Positions 1 to 10,603 of a DNA stretch of 32,000 bases are shown here, piece after piece. The stretch covers positions 6,837 to 38,836 of the forward strand of contig JBCBCI010000021.1 in assembly GCA_038530755.1 (NCBI GenBank). The letters run 5' to 3'. The translations under genes and the position numbers were made by a program. How positions within the stretch are numbered: position 1 is the first letter of the stretch; every line of letters begins with the position of its first letter. Below the pieces are notes generated by a model. It saw only the letters and a program-made list of their open reading frames with translations, did no database searches and had not been told where the DNA came from. This stretch comes from Cyanobacteria bacterium J06592_8 (GTDB lineage Bacteria > Cyanobacteriota > Cyanobacteriia > Cyanobacteriales > Microcoleaceae).

Positions 1-123
1 GTAGTCTACGTTACCCCTCAGTCAATTTAGGCGGGCGATTTGGAAATTCCTCAATGGAGAATCGCGTGGCTTGGTTGATCGCATCTCTGTTATTTTATCC
101 GATCTGGAATTGTTTTTCTGAGG

Positions 124-3100
124 TTAGTTGGGTTCGGGGCTTGTTTCTCCAGAAGAATTGTTTTCAGAGGCTGTTAACTCCACAATCTCATCAAAGTCAA
201 AGTTTTCAATCATTTGAGTTAAAGTGTTCGCAATCGAACTATGGGTTTCGGGAATCGCTTGAATCAGATCAAACATTTGTTGATCTCGACCCACTAAAGC
301 GGCTTCGAGCATTTGCTTGCGCCATTCGGATGACATGATGTGCAAATCTTCAGGTTTAATTTTATCCCGGATTCCCTCAGAACTGATATCAACTGATTCA
401 GATTCCTGTTGATAAATGTAGCGCACCCCCAGATATTCACCTAACTTTTCAAAGATGACTTCTTCTTGAAAGGGTTTTCTAACAAAATCATCACATCCTG
501 CATTGAGAACAGCTTTTCGTTCTTGCTCAAAGACGCTTGCTGTTAGAGCCACAATCACCACTTTATCACCATCAGGAGCCGATCTAATTCGGCGAGTTGC
601 TTCATAGCCATCTAATACAGGCATTCGGATATCCATCCAAATAAAATCAGCTTTCCAACTCTTCCACAATTCTAGAGCCTTTTCACCATTTTCTGCTTCT
701 TGAACGTTGAAACCCACAGAGAGCAAAAGCTGGGAGAGAAGTTTTCGGTTTTGCCATTGATCGTCAACGACTAAAATCCGATATTCAGGTTGATCGGGTT
801 CTAATCCCATGACAGGTTGGCTGGGTTTTTGAGGTTGAATTTCATAGACTTCTGTGAGGGTAACGGGAATCTCAAACTCAACGGTTGTTCCGATTCCTAT
901 CTGACTTTTGACCTGAATTTCTCCACCCATCATCTGTACAAATTTGCGGCTAATTGGCAATCCTAAACCTGTTCCCTGCTGGACTTTTTGTCCACTGCTG
1001 GTTTGTACAAATGCCTCGAAAATATTATCAATTTCTTCGGGGGAAATTCCGGTTCCGGTATCGAGCACTTCAAAGACAAGATTGAGTCGATTATTTTTAT
1101 AGCTTTCTGGGAAAACTTTGGATTTAATTTTTAAGATGATTTGACCTGTTTCTGTGTATTTAATCGCATTTCCCAGAAGGTTAATTAAAACCTGGCGCAG
1201 TTTACTTTCATCCGTCTCAATATACTGAGGAACATTTTCATCTTGTTCAAACTTCAGGGTTAACCCTTTGCTTGCAGCTTTCAAGTGTAGCATTTGATCT
1301 AAGGTATTGAGTAAATGATACAAATCAAAGCTACTTTCATAGAGAGTCATCTGACCGGCTTCAATTTTCGAGAGATCTAGAATACTATTAATTAAACCCA
1401 GTAAATGCTCTCCGCTACTATTAATAATATTAAGATTATTTTGCTGTTCGGGCATCAGAGACTGATCCCGACTCATCAGTTGAGAAAAGCCAAGAATCGC
1501 ATTTAATGGGGTGCGGAGTTCATGGCTCATATTCGCGAGGAATTCACTTTTAGCTCTATTCGCGGCTTCGGCGGCATCTTTAGCTTGTTCTAAGGCTGTC
1601 TCTGCTTGTTTGCGCTTAGTAATATCTTTTAAAATTGCGGTAAAAATCCAACCTTCACCCATTTTAATTTTAGAAATTGAAGCTTCGGCTGGAAATCTTT
1701 CTCCATTTTTACGCCATCCACAAACTTCTCTAGAGCGTTCACCCATGCCACGGGATTGACATTCAAGCCGTGCAAAATTTAACACATATCTATGATGAAT
1801 TTCTCGAGCATCCATCGGGAGCAAAATGTCTAAGGATTTCCCAATCGTTTCGGCTGAAGAGTAGCCAAAAATCTTTTCTGCTCCGTGATTAAAAAGCAAG
1901 ATTTTATGATTCTCATTCACGGAAATAATCGCATCTTCTGCATTGTCTAAAATTCCGGCTAATCGTTCTTGACTTTCCTGAAGTTTTTGTTCGGCGAGAT
2001 CCCGTTCTAAGCTAATGGGAATCATCTCTCCGACTCGTTGAATTAATTTAATTTCTTCTAATGTCCATTCTTTAGGAGAACGGATCATACTGCAACAAAC
2101 AGCCCCGACAACTTTTCCGACACTAATCATCGGTACAATCAGAATTGATTTGAGTCCTCGTTTTTTCCATTCTCGTTTGAGACTAAGGGCTTCTTTGGGC
2201 AAACTATTAATATCAGGAATATGAACAATTTTATGACTTTTAAGCTGCTTAAAACCCCAGTCAAAAAGCTTCACCGGCATTTCTTGCACCTCTGACATTG
2301 TTGAGGTAATATCTTGATTGCACCACTCATTCGTCATGCTCACCAATTGCCGACCTTGATCCGCATATTGCAAAATATAACAGCGATCGATTTGGGTTAA
2401 TTGTCCAATTTCTGCCAAGGCAAAATCAATAGCTGGATTCACATCTTGATCGACAAACTGCTGAAAAATACGGCTAACTGAATGGTCGATCTGAGAACGT
2501 TTTTGCAACGCCAGTTCCGCCTGTTTTCGTTCGGTGATATCACTGAAAATACTCAACACACAAGTTTGTCCATTCAAGTCAATCAGTTCGGCTGAATATA
2601 ACGCGATCCGGATTTCTCCAGACTTCGTATGAAATTCACATTCATAACTCCGGATCACTCCATCTTTATTCAAAATATCAGCAATATAATTCCGATCTTC
2701 TGGATTGATCAAAAAGTTAAAGTCCTTAACATTTTTATTGAAAATATCATTCGATTCATAGCCGAGGAGTTTGAGCGCACTTTCATTAAAATCGACAATA
2801 TAACCATCGGAAAACTGAGTAATAAAGCTCGGATTTGGATTACTCTGAAAGGCTTTAGAAAATTTATTCTCTGAAAGACGCAATGCTCTTTCAGCTTGTC
2901 GTCTTTCCCAAACTTCCTCTCGCAATTGTTGGTTAGCATCTTTGAGCTGACTGGTTCGTTCCTCGACCCGAATTTCTAACTCCTCAAATGCGGTTTTAAG
3001 CTGACGAGCCATTTGATTAAAGGAGTCCGCTAACATTTTTAACTCACTAACACGGGCGACATTCACCTTTTGATTGAGCTGTCCAAAGGCGATCGCTTGA

Positions 3101-4248
3101 CTGGCTCGCGCGAGTTGTAAAATTTGTCCGGCAATCCAACGAGACGTTAACCCACCTAACCCAATGGCGAGGACAAGAGCGGCTAATCCAAACACAATTG
3201 CCATGCGACGATTGGCATTAATTTGTGCCATGAAATCGGCTTCAGGTACGACTACCACAATCAGCCAATCTAATCCATAGCTATCAGAGTAAGGTACAGC
3301 ATCGACGAAATACTGTTGACCCTCGATTTTCAATTCCAAAGACTTAACTTGATCAATATTCTTTAACGACCCAGTAAAGCTAATTAAATGTTGAATTGCG
3401 GCTCGGGTCAATGGATTTTGACTTTCGATACCCTGAAGTCTGGTGAGCTGATTCTGAGGGGTCATTTCATAAACGGGTTCATCCGTCGAAGTCGCCACCA
3501 GTTCTCCTGAACGTTCTAGGATAAATGTTTGTGCTGAAGGCGTGAGTTTGAGCTGACGCAAAACATCACTAAACACGGTTAAAACGACATCAACAGCCAT
3601 CACCCCTTGCAGATTTCCATCGCGATCGTAAAAGGGTCGAGTTGCTGTGATTCCTAAGTTTCCATCTGTAAAGGCATAAATTGGACTCCAAGTGGCTTGT
3701 CGATTTTGTATCCCAGTTTGATACCAAGGTCGAGTCCGGGGATCGTAGTCATCGTTGATATTTAGGGGTGATTTTGATTTTAGAGAGGGTGTACGCCTTT
3801 TTGTTAGCTGTTGGTAATATTCAGAAGTTGCAGAGCTAGCAAGTGATAAATCTGAAGTTCGATATACACCCAGGTATTCTCCCGTTTCTGTCCCCAAATA
3901 TATACTTTCGAGCGTCTCAACTCGCTGGATTTGCAAGAAAAAGCGACTCTCAACGACGGATAAATTGTCCAAACTCAAATATCCGATTTCAATGGCATCT
4001 ACATTAATATTAGTGAGGAGTATGGGTTCATCAAGATAGTTATCCAGTCGTTCATCAACGTGTTCGCCGAGTTCATTCATCAACTGGCTGACTAAATCCT
4101 GTACAGCGTCTTGGCTATTTCGGTGAGAGATATAGCCGATCGCCCCAACCACTGCCACAATCTGAAGGGCAAACGGTACAATCAAGATGAGCTGCAAAGG
4201 AAATCTCAGTTTAGGGTTGAGTAAGCGAAGCAGGGGATTAATCGACAT
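124..4248 (-). CDS. Hybrid sensor histidine kinase / response regulator (Cache-like sensor, HAMP, PAS-GAF-PAS, HisKA, HATPase_c, REC)
   Basis: 1374-aa ORF. It has an N-terminal TM helix, a periplasmic Cache-like region and a second TM helix (IVFGLAALVLAIGLGGL), then a HAMP/coiled coil. Further motifs are the H-box FLANMSHELRTPLNAILGF, N box LINLLGNAIKYT, G boxes DTGTGI and GTGLGLPISRKF, and a receiver domain (ILVVDDQ...WMDIRMPVLDG...ALTAS...RKPF). Confidence 0.9.
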   Translation of the reverse strand: MSINPLLRLLNPKLRFPLQLILIVPFALQIVAVVGAIGYISHRNSQDAVQDLVSQLMNELGEHVDERLDNYLDEPILLTNINVDAIEIGYLSLDNLSVVESRFFLQIQRVETLESIYLGTETGEYLGVYRTSDLSLASSATSEYYQQLTKRRTPSLKSKSPLNINDDYDPRTRPWYQTGIQNRQATWSPIYAFTDGNLGITATRPFYDRDGNLQGVMAVDVVLTVFSDVLRQLKLTPSAQTFILERSGELVATSTDEPVYEMTPQNQLTRLQGIESQNPLTRAAIQHLISFTGSLKNIDQVKSLELKIEGQQYFVDAVPYSDSYGLDWLIVVVVPEADFMAQINANRRMAIVFGLAALVLAIGLGGLTSRWIAGQILQLARASQAIAFGQLNQKVNVARVSELKMLADSFNQMARQLKTAFEELEIRVEERTSQLKDANQQLREEVWERRQAERALRLSENKFSKAFQSNPNPSFITQFSDGYIVDFNESALKLLGYESNDIFNKNVKDFNFLINPEDRNYIADILNKDGVIRSYECEFHTKSGEIRIALYSAELIDLNGQTCVLSIFSDITERKQAELALQKRSQIDHSVSRIFQQFVDQDVNPAIDFALAEIGQLTQIDRCYILQYADQGRQLVSMTNEWCNQDITSTMSEVQEMPVKLFDWGFKQLKSHKIVHIPDINSLPKEALSLKREWKKRGLKSILIVPMISVGKVVGAVCCSMIRSPKEWTLEEIKLIQRVGEMIPISLERDLAEQKLQESQERLAGILDNAEDAIISVNENHKILLFNHGAEKIFGYSSAETIGKSLDILLPMDAREIHHRYVLNFARLECQSRGMGERSREVCGWRKNGERFPAEASISKIKMGEGWIFTAILKDITKRKQAETALEQAKDAAEAANRAKSEFLANMSHELRTPLNAILGFSQLMSRDQSLMPEQQNNLNIINSSGEHLLGLINSILDLSKIEAGQMTLYESSFDLYHLLNTLDQMLHLKAASKGLTLKFEQDENVPQYIETDESKLRQVLINLLGNAIKYTETGQIILKIKSKVFPESYKNNRLNLVFEVLDTGTGISPEEIDNIFEAFVQTSSGQKVQQGTGLGLPISRKFVQMMGGEIQVKSQIGIGTTVEFEIPVTLTEVYEIQPQKPSQPVMGLEPDQPEYRILVVDDQWQNRKLLSQLLLSVGFNVQEAENGEKALELWKSWKADFIWMDIRMPVLDGYEATRRIRSAPDGDKVVIVALTASVFEQERKAVLNAGCDDFVRKPFQEEVIFEKLGEYLGVRYIYQQESESVDISSEGIRDKIKPEDLHIMSSEWRKQMLEAALVGRDQQMFDLIQAIPETHSSIANTLTQMIENFDFDEIVELTASENNSSGETSPEPN
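3089..3096. repeat. HIP1 octamer palindrome GCGATCGC (one example of many)
   Basis: Exact GCGATCGC here and at 4689-4696, 7801-7808, 13049-13056 and many other positions. Over-representation of this palindrome is a known cyanobacterial genome signature. Confidence 0.8.
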
Positions 4249-4474
4249 GGCGGGTACTCTGACCGAACAGACAACAGAATTTAGAATCGGTGTTGGTTTA
4301 ATTTTGACCTATCAAAGTCAGAATTGGTGAGAATCTTAAATATAAGCTTAAGGGGCGATTGATCAGATTTAACTCTCCATCTCCTGTGTCTTCTTATCTC
4401 CTGTTAACCCACTCCCCTTCGACCTGCTTCGCTACAATCAGTATTAACTTATAACCGAAAAGGTGTAATCTCCC

Positions 4475-6214
4475 GTGTCTTCCTCAAACACTCCCGCTCA
4501 ATCGTTTAAATTTGACTCCATTGAAGATGCCCTTGCTGACTTGAAAGCTGGACGTTGTATTGTTGTTGTGGATGATGAACATCGGGAAAATGAAGGCGAT
4601 TTGATTGGGATCGCTCAATTTGCGACTCCTGATATGATTAATTTTATGGCGGTTCATGCGCGAGGATTAATCTGTCTGGCTCTGAGCGGCGATCGCCTCG
4701 ATGAACTCGATTTACCTTTAATGGTTGCCAACAATACCGATAGCAACCAAACGGCTTTCACTGTCAGTATTGATGCGTCTCCAGCGATGGGAGTCAGCAC
4801 CGGGATTTCCGCCGAAGATCGCGCCCGCACGATTCAAGTCGCGATTAATCCCTCAACCCGTCCTCAAGATTTACGACGACCGGGTCATATTTTCCCGTTG
4901 AGGGCGCGAGAAGGAGGTGTTTTGAAGCGGGCGGGTCATACCGAAGCAGCAGTGGATTTGGCTCGATTAGCGGGCTTATATCCCGGTGGTGTGATCTGCG
5001 AAATCCAAAACCCAGATGGTTCGATGGCGCGTTTACCGGAGTTGATTGAATATGCAAAAATTCACGATCTGAAATTAATTAGCATTGCCGATCTGATTAG
5101 TTATCGCCTGTTTCACGATCGCTTTATTCATCGAGAAGCCATTGCAAAATTACCCACTCAGTTCGGTGAATTTCTGATTTATGCCTATCGAAATATGTTG
5201 GATCAATCTGAACACGTTGCGATTATTAAAGGCGATCCGGCAGAGTTTAAAGACCAACCTGTGATGGTGCGAGTACATTCAGAATGTTTAACGGGAGATG
5301 CCTTTGGTTCGTTGCGGTGCGACTGTCGGATGCAACTGCAAGCCGCTTTGAAAATGATTGAGGAAGCCGGAGCAGGTGTTGTTGTTTACTTACGACAAGA
5401 AGGCCGAGGCATTGGTTTAATTAATAAGTTAAAAGCTTATTCTTTACAGGATTTAGGACTAGATACGGTAGAAGCAAATGAACGGTTAGGTTTTCCAGCC
5501 GATCTGCGAAATTATGGGTTAGGCGCACAGATTCTGAATGATATTGGCGTCAATAAAATTTGCTTAATTACGAATAATCCTCGAAAAATTGCTGGGTTAA
5601 AAGGGTATAGAATTGAAATTGTAGATCGAGTTCCCTTATTAATTGAAGCGACCGATTATAATTCTAAGTATCTGGCAACAAAAGCAAAAAAATTAGGGCA
5701 TTTATTACTTCAGACCTATTTAGTGACAGTCGCCATTCAATGGGATGAAGCTAGAGTTCAATTTGGAGGAGAAGATTTGAGTTTAGAGACTCCTTCGACT
5801 CCAGCCGTATTGAAATCTGCGGTTCAACTCCATGAAAAGTCTGATCGCCTCGACAAACTCAAGGATTTAGCCAGAAGTCACGATTTACTCCTACAAGAAG
5901 AACGTCGTCCCTTGGCGACAGCGTTGTTTCATCCAGCCTCTTTAACCTTTCATTTAGGCTTAGATCAAGTAGACGCAGCCAGTGAAGATTGGTATCAACA
6001 GAGCGATCATCCATACATAGAAGCGATCGCGAAAATCCTTGACCAAATTCTGACTGCGCCTGGACTCAAAAAGTTAGAGTTTCTCGTTTCTTCCGGGGTC
6101 GATCCGTTAGCCAATCTACAAGTCCAACTCCAGCGACAAACCTTCCCTTTGACTCAATTTCCCTCATCTATTTGCGACGGGCTCGAACCTCAAACGATTT
6201 ACAGTTTTTCTTGA
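4475..6214 (+). CDS. ribBA: Bifunctional 3,4-dihydroxy-2-butanone-4-phosphate synthase / GTP cyclohydrolase II, with a C-terminal extension of about 168 aa
   Basis: GTG start. DHBP synthase motifs: [14 protein letters not shown] and [16 protein letters not shown] cyclohydrolase II motifs: [21 protein letters not shown] and [14 protein letters not shown]. The canonical C-terminus ([13 protein letters not shown]) is at about residue 411, and the ORF continues to residue 579. Confidence 0.9.
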   Translation: MSSSNTPAQSFKFDSIEDALADLKAGRCIVVVDDEHRENEGDLIGIAQFATPDMINFMAVHARGLICLALSGDRLDELDLPLMVANNTDSNQTAFTVSIDASPAMGVSTGISAEDRARTIQVAINPSTRPQDLRRPGHIFPLRAREGGVLKRAGHTEAAVDLARLAGLYPGGVICEIQNPDGSMARLPELIEYAKIHDLKLISIADLISYRLFHDRFIHREAIAKLPTQFGEFLIYAYRNMLDQSEHVAIIKGDPAEFKDQPVMVRVHSECLTGDAFGSLRCDCRMQLQAALKMIEEAGAGVVVYLRQEGRGIGLINKLKAYSLQDLGLDTVEANERLGFPADLRNYGLGAQILNDIGVNKICLITNNPRKIAGLKGYRIEIVDRVPLLIEATDYNSKYLATKAKKLGHLLLQTYLVTVAIQWDEARVQFGGEDLSLETPSTPAVLKSAVQLHEKSDRLDKLKDLARSHDLLLQEERRPLATALFHPASLTFHLGLDQVDAASEDWYQQSDHPYIEAIAKILDQILTAPGLKKLEFLVSSGVDPLANLQVQLQRQTFPLTQFPSSICDGLEPQTIYSFS

Positions 6215-6229
6215 GTTTGGAACCGAGTG

Positions 6230-7090
6230 TTATCTAGGTGCATCGACTTCTGATAACTCACTCAAGTTAAACAAGAACGGTACGCTACTCTTAGAATCTC
6301 CATTCAAAATCAACACCTTCGGCATTTGTGCGCCACCCTGTTTCCAAGCTTCAATGGCTTCTTTTTGTAGAACTAATTCGCCCCCTTGATTTTTCAAGGT
6401 TTCTGCAAGTAAACGCTGGGCTTCCGCTCTACCTTTGGCTCGATTCACATCAGCTTGAGCCTGTTGTTCAGCTTCTCGCGCCACATAGACAGCTCGTTGC
6501 GCCCGTTGTTCAGCGATTTGTTTTTCTTCAACGGCTCTAGCAAACTCTGGCGAAAACGTGAGATCGACCACACTGGTATCGAGTACCACAATACCATACT
6601 TCTCCAATCGCGCATTCAGTGCTTCATCGAAGTCAGACTTGAGTTCGTCTCGTTTAGTAATCGCTTCTTCAATCGTGAGTTTTGCAGCAGCAATTTTAAA
6701 TGCTTCTTGAGTTTGAGGGGCGATCACCTTAGAAACAACATTTTGCAACGTTCCCTGTTCACGTCGAATTGTGACCACTTGTACCGGATCGAGACGAAAG
6801 TTAATTGCAAAACTCGCCGAAAGTTGTTGTAAATCCTTTGTCGCACTCTGGGCGGGAACTTCAAACTTTTGAACGGTGACATCGTAAACATCCACCGCAG
6901 AAATCAAAGGCGGCTTAAAGTGTAGACCCTCCAAGAGTGCGCCATCTCTGGCTTTCCCTAAAATACTCAATACTCCTGCCTGGCCTGGATTAATCACAAC
7001 AAACGCATTGAGTCCGACTAAAAGAACGGCTGAGATGACAATACCTAAAATGAGTGCAGGTAGCCCCTGCTGTGGTGCTGCGTTTTTCAA
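6230..7090 (-). CDS. SPFH / Band 7 / prohibitin-family membrane protein
   Basis: 286 aa. It has an N-terminal TM helix (LPALILGIVISAVLLVGL) and an SPFH core followed by an Ala/Glu/Gln-rich coiled coil (EEKQIAEQRAQRAVYVAREAEQQAQADVNRAKGRAEAQR). TTG start with AAGGAG 7 nt upstream. Confidence 0.85.
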   Translation of the reverse strand: MKNAAPQQGLPALILGIVISAVLLVGLNAFVVINPGQAGVLSILGKARDGALLEGLHFKPPLISAVDVYDVTVQKFEVPAQSATKDLQQLSASFAINFRLDPVQVVTIRREQGTLQNVVSKVIAPQTQEAFKIAAAKLTIEEAITKRDELKSDFDEALNARLEKYGIVVLDTSVVDLTFSPEFARAVEEKQIAEQRAQRAVYVAREAEQQAQADVNRAKGRAEAQRLLAETLKNQGGELVLQKEAIEAWKQGGAQMPKVLILNGDSKSSVPFLFNLSELSEVDAPR

Positions 7091-7720
7091 GGTTGAACTC
7101 CTTTTAAAAGTTTGATCTGTTATCTACGATACGCCTAATGGCTCCCTCTGCGAGCAGACTCAAGAAATCTTTCATAATTTGACAGACTCCCAGCTTGGAA
7201 ATTACAGAGATTATCAGCTCAAAGAATAATTATAGAAAAGTTCTATTTTAGCCCCTCTAATTTCAGAGTTTATTTCCTGATTTTTGAAATCTTGTTTTCA
7301 GTATTTTTTCTTGATTATTGATGTTTGAATTCGACGAAAAACGTCATTCTCTAATTTTTAAATTCGGTTGGATTAATGTCTGAATCGGGGAATTGTTCTT
7401 TAAGAATCAAAGCAGACCAGAGTGTAAACCCTAAAACAGCTAAACCTGTTAATCCATCGGTAAGGATAAAAAAGTGCATTTTGATTGAAAAGTTGGACAA
7501 GCTTCCGAAACAGTAATGTAGCAAACTATCAATACCGGAAAAGGAATTAGGAATTTTACACATTGACTTTGACTGAGAATCTAGAAATTAGAATCTTGAA
7601 TATTCTTAGCATTTTAGGAAAGGAGTTGCGATCGGTCTTTAGGAAAACTTTAAAATTGAAGAGTGCTGGAGCGCTCACAGAGAAGTTAGACTGAAACCTT
7701 ACCGTAATGTAGAAGAATTT

Positions 7721-9202
7721 ATGCTCGATACCTTAGATCTGAGTTTATCTCTAGATAAAGAAACATATCAGAGTCAAGTTGAAAGCTTAATGCAAAAATT
7801 GCGATCGCTTCAACACACCTGTTGGGAGAAAAAGCTTCCAGTAATGATTGTCCTAGAAGGTTGGACCGCAGCCGGAAAGGGAGCATTAGTCAAAAAAATG
7901 GTCGGCTACATGGACCCGCGAGGATTCATCGTTCATCCCATTTGGCCCGCCACCAAACAGGAACGCCGTTATCCATTTATGTGGCGGTTTTGGCAAGTGT
8001 TACCTGCTCAGGGTCAGATGGGTATTTTTTATCACAGTTGGTATACCCACGTTCTCGAAGACAGGCTATTTGAGAGACTTCTGGAGGCAGAAGTTCCGAT
8101 GGCAATGCAGGAAATTAATGCCTTTGAACGGCAAATGATCGATGATGGTGTCGTCATGTCAAAATTTTGGATTCATCTGAGTCAAAAAGAACTGAAGCGT
8201 CGTCTCAAAAAAGCAGGCAAAGATGAGTTAAGAGCGTGGCGAGTACGTCCAGAAGATTGGCATCAGGAGGAAAATTACAACACCTATTCTACCTTTGCGG
8301 AAGAAATGTTAATTCAGACGAGTACCGGGGCAGCTCCTTGGACGCTGGTAGAAGGCGATAGTCAACGCTACGCTCGGGTTAAAGTCCTCTCAACGATGGT
8401 TGCCACGCTTAAAGAAGCATTAGAGCGGTTACAGGTTCAACCTCCGCCTGTGTCTACACCGCCCCAAGACCACCTCGACCCAACTGAACCCAATCCTCTT
8501 AGACAAGTTGATCTGAGTCAATCTCTTTCTGTAGATGAATATAAGCAACAACTCTCCGAGCAACAAATTCGCCTCAGTCAACTGCAAAGAGAAATTTACA
8601 AACAAGAGATTCCGGTGTTAGCGATATTTGAAGGTTGGGATGCCGCCGGGAAAGGAGGAGCTATTAAACGGTTGACTCATGTTTTAGACCCCCGCAGCTA
8701 TCAAGTTCAACCCTATGCAGCACCAACCGATGAGGAGAAAAATCATCACTATCTCTGGCGATTTTGGCGACATCTACCCCCAAGTGGAAAAATTGGAATT
8801 TTTGACCGTAGCTGGTATGGTCGCGTTCTCGTGGAACGAGTAGAAGGGTTTGCGACAGAGAAGCAATGGCGACGAGCCTATCGAGAAATCAATGAATTTG
8901 AGGAACAACTCACCAGTGCCGGCTATGTGTTGGTAAAGTTTTGGCTGCATATTGACCGCGATGAACAACTGAAGCGATTTCAAGCCAGAGAAGAGAATCC
9001 CTTTAAACAATATAAACTGACAGATGAAGACTGGCGCAATCGAGAAAAATGGCCTTTGTACGAAGTTGCGGTCAATCAGATGATTCAGCGCACTCACACG
9101 CCAACTGCCCCCTGGACGGTTGTAGCGGCGAATTGCAAATATTTTGCACGGGTGCAAGTGGTGGAAACCGTTGTTGAAGCGATTCAGCGTCAAATTCAGT
9201 AA
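7721..9202 (+). CDS. ppk2: Two-domain polyphosphate kinase 2 (polyphosphate:AMP/nucleotide phosphotransferase type)
   Basis: 493 aa with two tandem PPK2 domains. Each domain has a Walker-A-like EGW(T/D)AAGKG motif (VMIVLEGWTAAGKG; LAIFEGWDAAGKGG) and a lid motif (FMWRFWQVLP; YLWRFWRHLP). The domains are joined by a Pro-rich linker. Confidence 0.85.
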   Translation: MLDTLDLSLSLDKETYQSQVESLMQKLRSLQHTCWEKKLPVMIVLEGWTAAGKGALVKKMVGYMDPRGFIVHPIWPATKQERRYPFMWRFWQVLPAQGQMGIFYHSWYTHVLEDRLFERLLEAEVPMAMQEINAFERQMIDDGVVMSKFWIHLSQKELKRRLKKAGKDELRAWRVRPEDWHQEENYNTYSTFAEEMLIQTSTGAAPWTLVEGDSQRYARVKVLSTMVATLKEALERLQVQPPPVSTPPQDHLDPTEPNPLRQVDLSQSLSVDEYKQQLSEQQIRLSQLQREIYKQEIPVLAIFEGWDAAGKGGAIKRLTHVLDPRSYQVQPYAAPTDEEKNHHYLWRFWRHLPPSGKIGIFDRSWYGRVLVERVEGFATEKQWRRAYREINEFEEQLTSAGYVLVKFWLHIDRDEQLKRFQAREENPFKQYKLTDEDWRNREKWPLYEVAVNQMIQRTHTPTAPWTVVAANCKYFARVQVVETVVEAIQRQIQ

Positions 9203-9453
9203 TATTGACCCCAACTGGCGCTCGCGCTCCCTTGACCATTTGATCAGTTTGACTAATATTAACAATGGGCTTTGAAACTGCTCATCATTTCTGTAAACTT
9301 TAGCCATATCCAAACTGCAATTTCCATCTCCGTTGGCCCTGAAAAGAGGTGGACAACCCGGGAAAAATCAGAAACTTCTGTTTTCTCTAGACTAAGGCTA
9401 ATTGGATTGTCTAACGTTTGGCGTCTAATAACTCATCTTGAACAATAAACAAA

Positions 9454-10440
9454 ATGTTTGTACAACTGACTCGACTTTTATTGTTACTGCTACTGGGAAC
9501 GATTATTTTTAGACTCTGGAAACTCCTGGTGAGTAAAGAGGGAAATCTAGTTTCTCGGTTATGGTTTTTGCTCGCTGTATTTTTGTTATTGATTGCCTTT
9601 ACTGCACCAGATAGTCCGGTTGGACTGTCAATTTTGAGTCTGTTATCGGTGTTTGTTTTGCCCCTGGGCTTATCGATTTTACTCTTGATTTTAGCCGCCA
9701 CTCAAATTAATAAAGGTGGAATTGCCAGTCCCGGCCCAAACTTGATTTTAACGGCACTACTGATTTTGATTTTGTCGAGTATGCCCTTTGTGGCTGAATG
9801 GTTGGCATTTCAACTCGAAAAAAATGCAATTGAAACCGTTCAAAAGAATTTATGCTGTGGAGAAAGGGCAGAAGCAATTGTTCTATTGGGTTCGGGAACA
9901 ACTGAGCCAAAGCTTCCCTACGCGACTCAAGTTCAGCTCACTCGAATTGGCGCTCGTATTCCCTACACCTCTAAACTCTATAAAGATGGTTTAGCTCCGC
10001 TAGTGATTGTGAGTGCTGGCTCTCAAAATGAATATTTACAACCCATTATTGAAGCCGACTCCATCGCTAAATTGTTGCGGGAAATGGGTGTGCCTTCCAG
10101 TGCAATCATCAAAGATACATCGGAAGGAACATTACATGATAGTGCTGTTGCCATTCAAGAAATTGCCAAGGACTATAATTTAGGACGGGCGATTATTTTG
10201 GTGACATCTGCATTAGAAATGCGGCGAGCCAGCTTAACGTTTGCTAATGTGGGTTTTAAGGTGATTCCAGCTCCCACTAACTTCTATGCCTCTCTCCCGA
10301 ATGAGAAATTTCAAGAGCGAGTTTCAGCAAAAGACTTCTTACCGAGTACAGAAGCACTTCTGATCACAACAGATGTCGTTGAAGAATATATTATTACGTT
10401 CTATTACTTTATTCGAGGGTGGCTGGCTCCTAGTATTTGA
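9454..10440 (+). CDS. Membrane protein with C-terminal DUF218 / YdcF-like domain
   Basis: 328 aa. The N-terminal ~110 aa are strongly hydrophobic (several TM helices). The C-terminal part has a YdcF/DUF218-like pattern (AIVLLGSG..., PLVIVSAG..., AIILVTSALEMRRA). Confidence 0.65.
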   Translation: MFVQLTRLLLLLLLGTIIFRLWKLLVSKEGNLVSRLWFLLAVFLLLIAFTAPDSPVGLSILSLLSVFVLPLGLSILLLILAATQINKGGIASPGPNLILTALLILILSSMPFVAEWLAFQLEKNAIETVQKNLCCGERAEAIVLLGSGTTEPKLPYATQVQLTRIGARIPYTSKLYKDGLAPLVIVSAGSQNEYLQPIIEADSIAKLLREMGVPSSAIIKDTSEGTLHDSAVAIQEIAKDYNLGRAIILVTSALEMRRASLTFANVGFKVIPAPTNFYASLPNEKFQERVSAKDFLPSTEALLITTDVVEEYIITFYYFIRGWLAPSI

Positions 10441-10467
10441 GGAAATAAACACTCAAAAAAATGGGAG

Positions 10468-10571
10468 ATTCACAATTCACAATTCTTTGGAGAATTTAAG
10501 ACTCATCTTTCTATAAGAAAGCTACATTAACGGAGTTTCTTAATTAAAAAATTGAGCTGTGAATTGTGAAT
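10468..10571. repeat. 14-bp perfect inverted repeat built from a tandem heptamer, (ATTCACA)2 ... (TGTGAAT)2, separated by 76 bp
   Basis: ATTCACAATTCACA at 10468-10481 is the exact reverse complement of TGTGAATTGTGAAT at 10558-10571. It lies between convergent gene ends (10440 and 10604). Confidence 0.7.
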
Positions 10572-10603
10572 TCATTCTCAATTGATCCCAAATCTTCATC
10601 GCC

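Noticed and set aside
54-338. 94-aa plus-strand ORF at the left edge
   Set aside because: It lies almost entirely antisense to the well-supported C-terminus of the hybrid kinase gene, has no recognisable motifs and has odd composition. It is probably a shadow ORF.
1511-2939. Short ORFs 1511-1759 (+), 2629-2874 (+) and 2709-2939 (-) inside the kinase gene
   Set aside because: They are nested in or antisense to a 1374-aa gene with clear domain motifs, and their translations are low-complexity. The same reasoning applies to 4845-5057, 6328-6540, 6455-6832, 7822-8073, 14294-14482, 15457-15660, 16585-16854, 17328-17597, 17681-17929, 21643-21852, 22433-22618, 22597-22839, 23353-23727, 25998-26294, 26695-26952, 27561-27782, 27963-28184, 28344-28526 and 28742-28966.
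4249-4474. Possible FMN riboswitch upstream of ribBA
   Set aside because: I looked for the conserved FMN-element core segments and did not see them. The region looks like an ordinary divergent promoter region. A covariance-model scan would be decisive.
7351-7563. 70-aa minus-strand ORF in the long AT-rich gap before ppk2 (contains one TM-like stretch, LTGLAVLGFTLWSALIL)
   Set aside because: It has no SD at either candidate start and no recognisable family, and it lies in AT-rich DNA where random ORFs are common. A small membrane protein cannot be excluded, but I cannot support it.
8774-9994. ORFs 8774-9313 (-), 9411-9701 (-), 9707-9910 (-) and 9788-9994 (+)
   Set aside because: They overlap the 3' end of ppk2 or the DUF218 gene in other frames or strands and have no motifs. 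The DUF218 and ppk2 frames explain the region.
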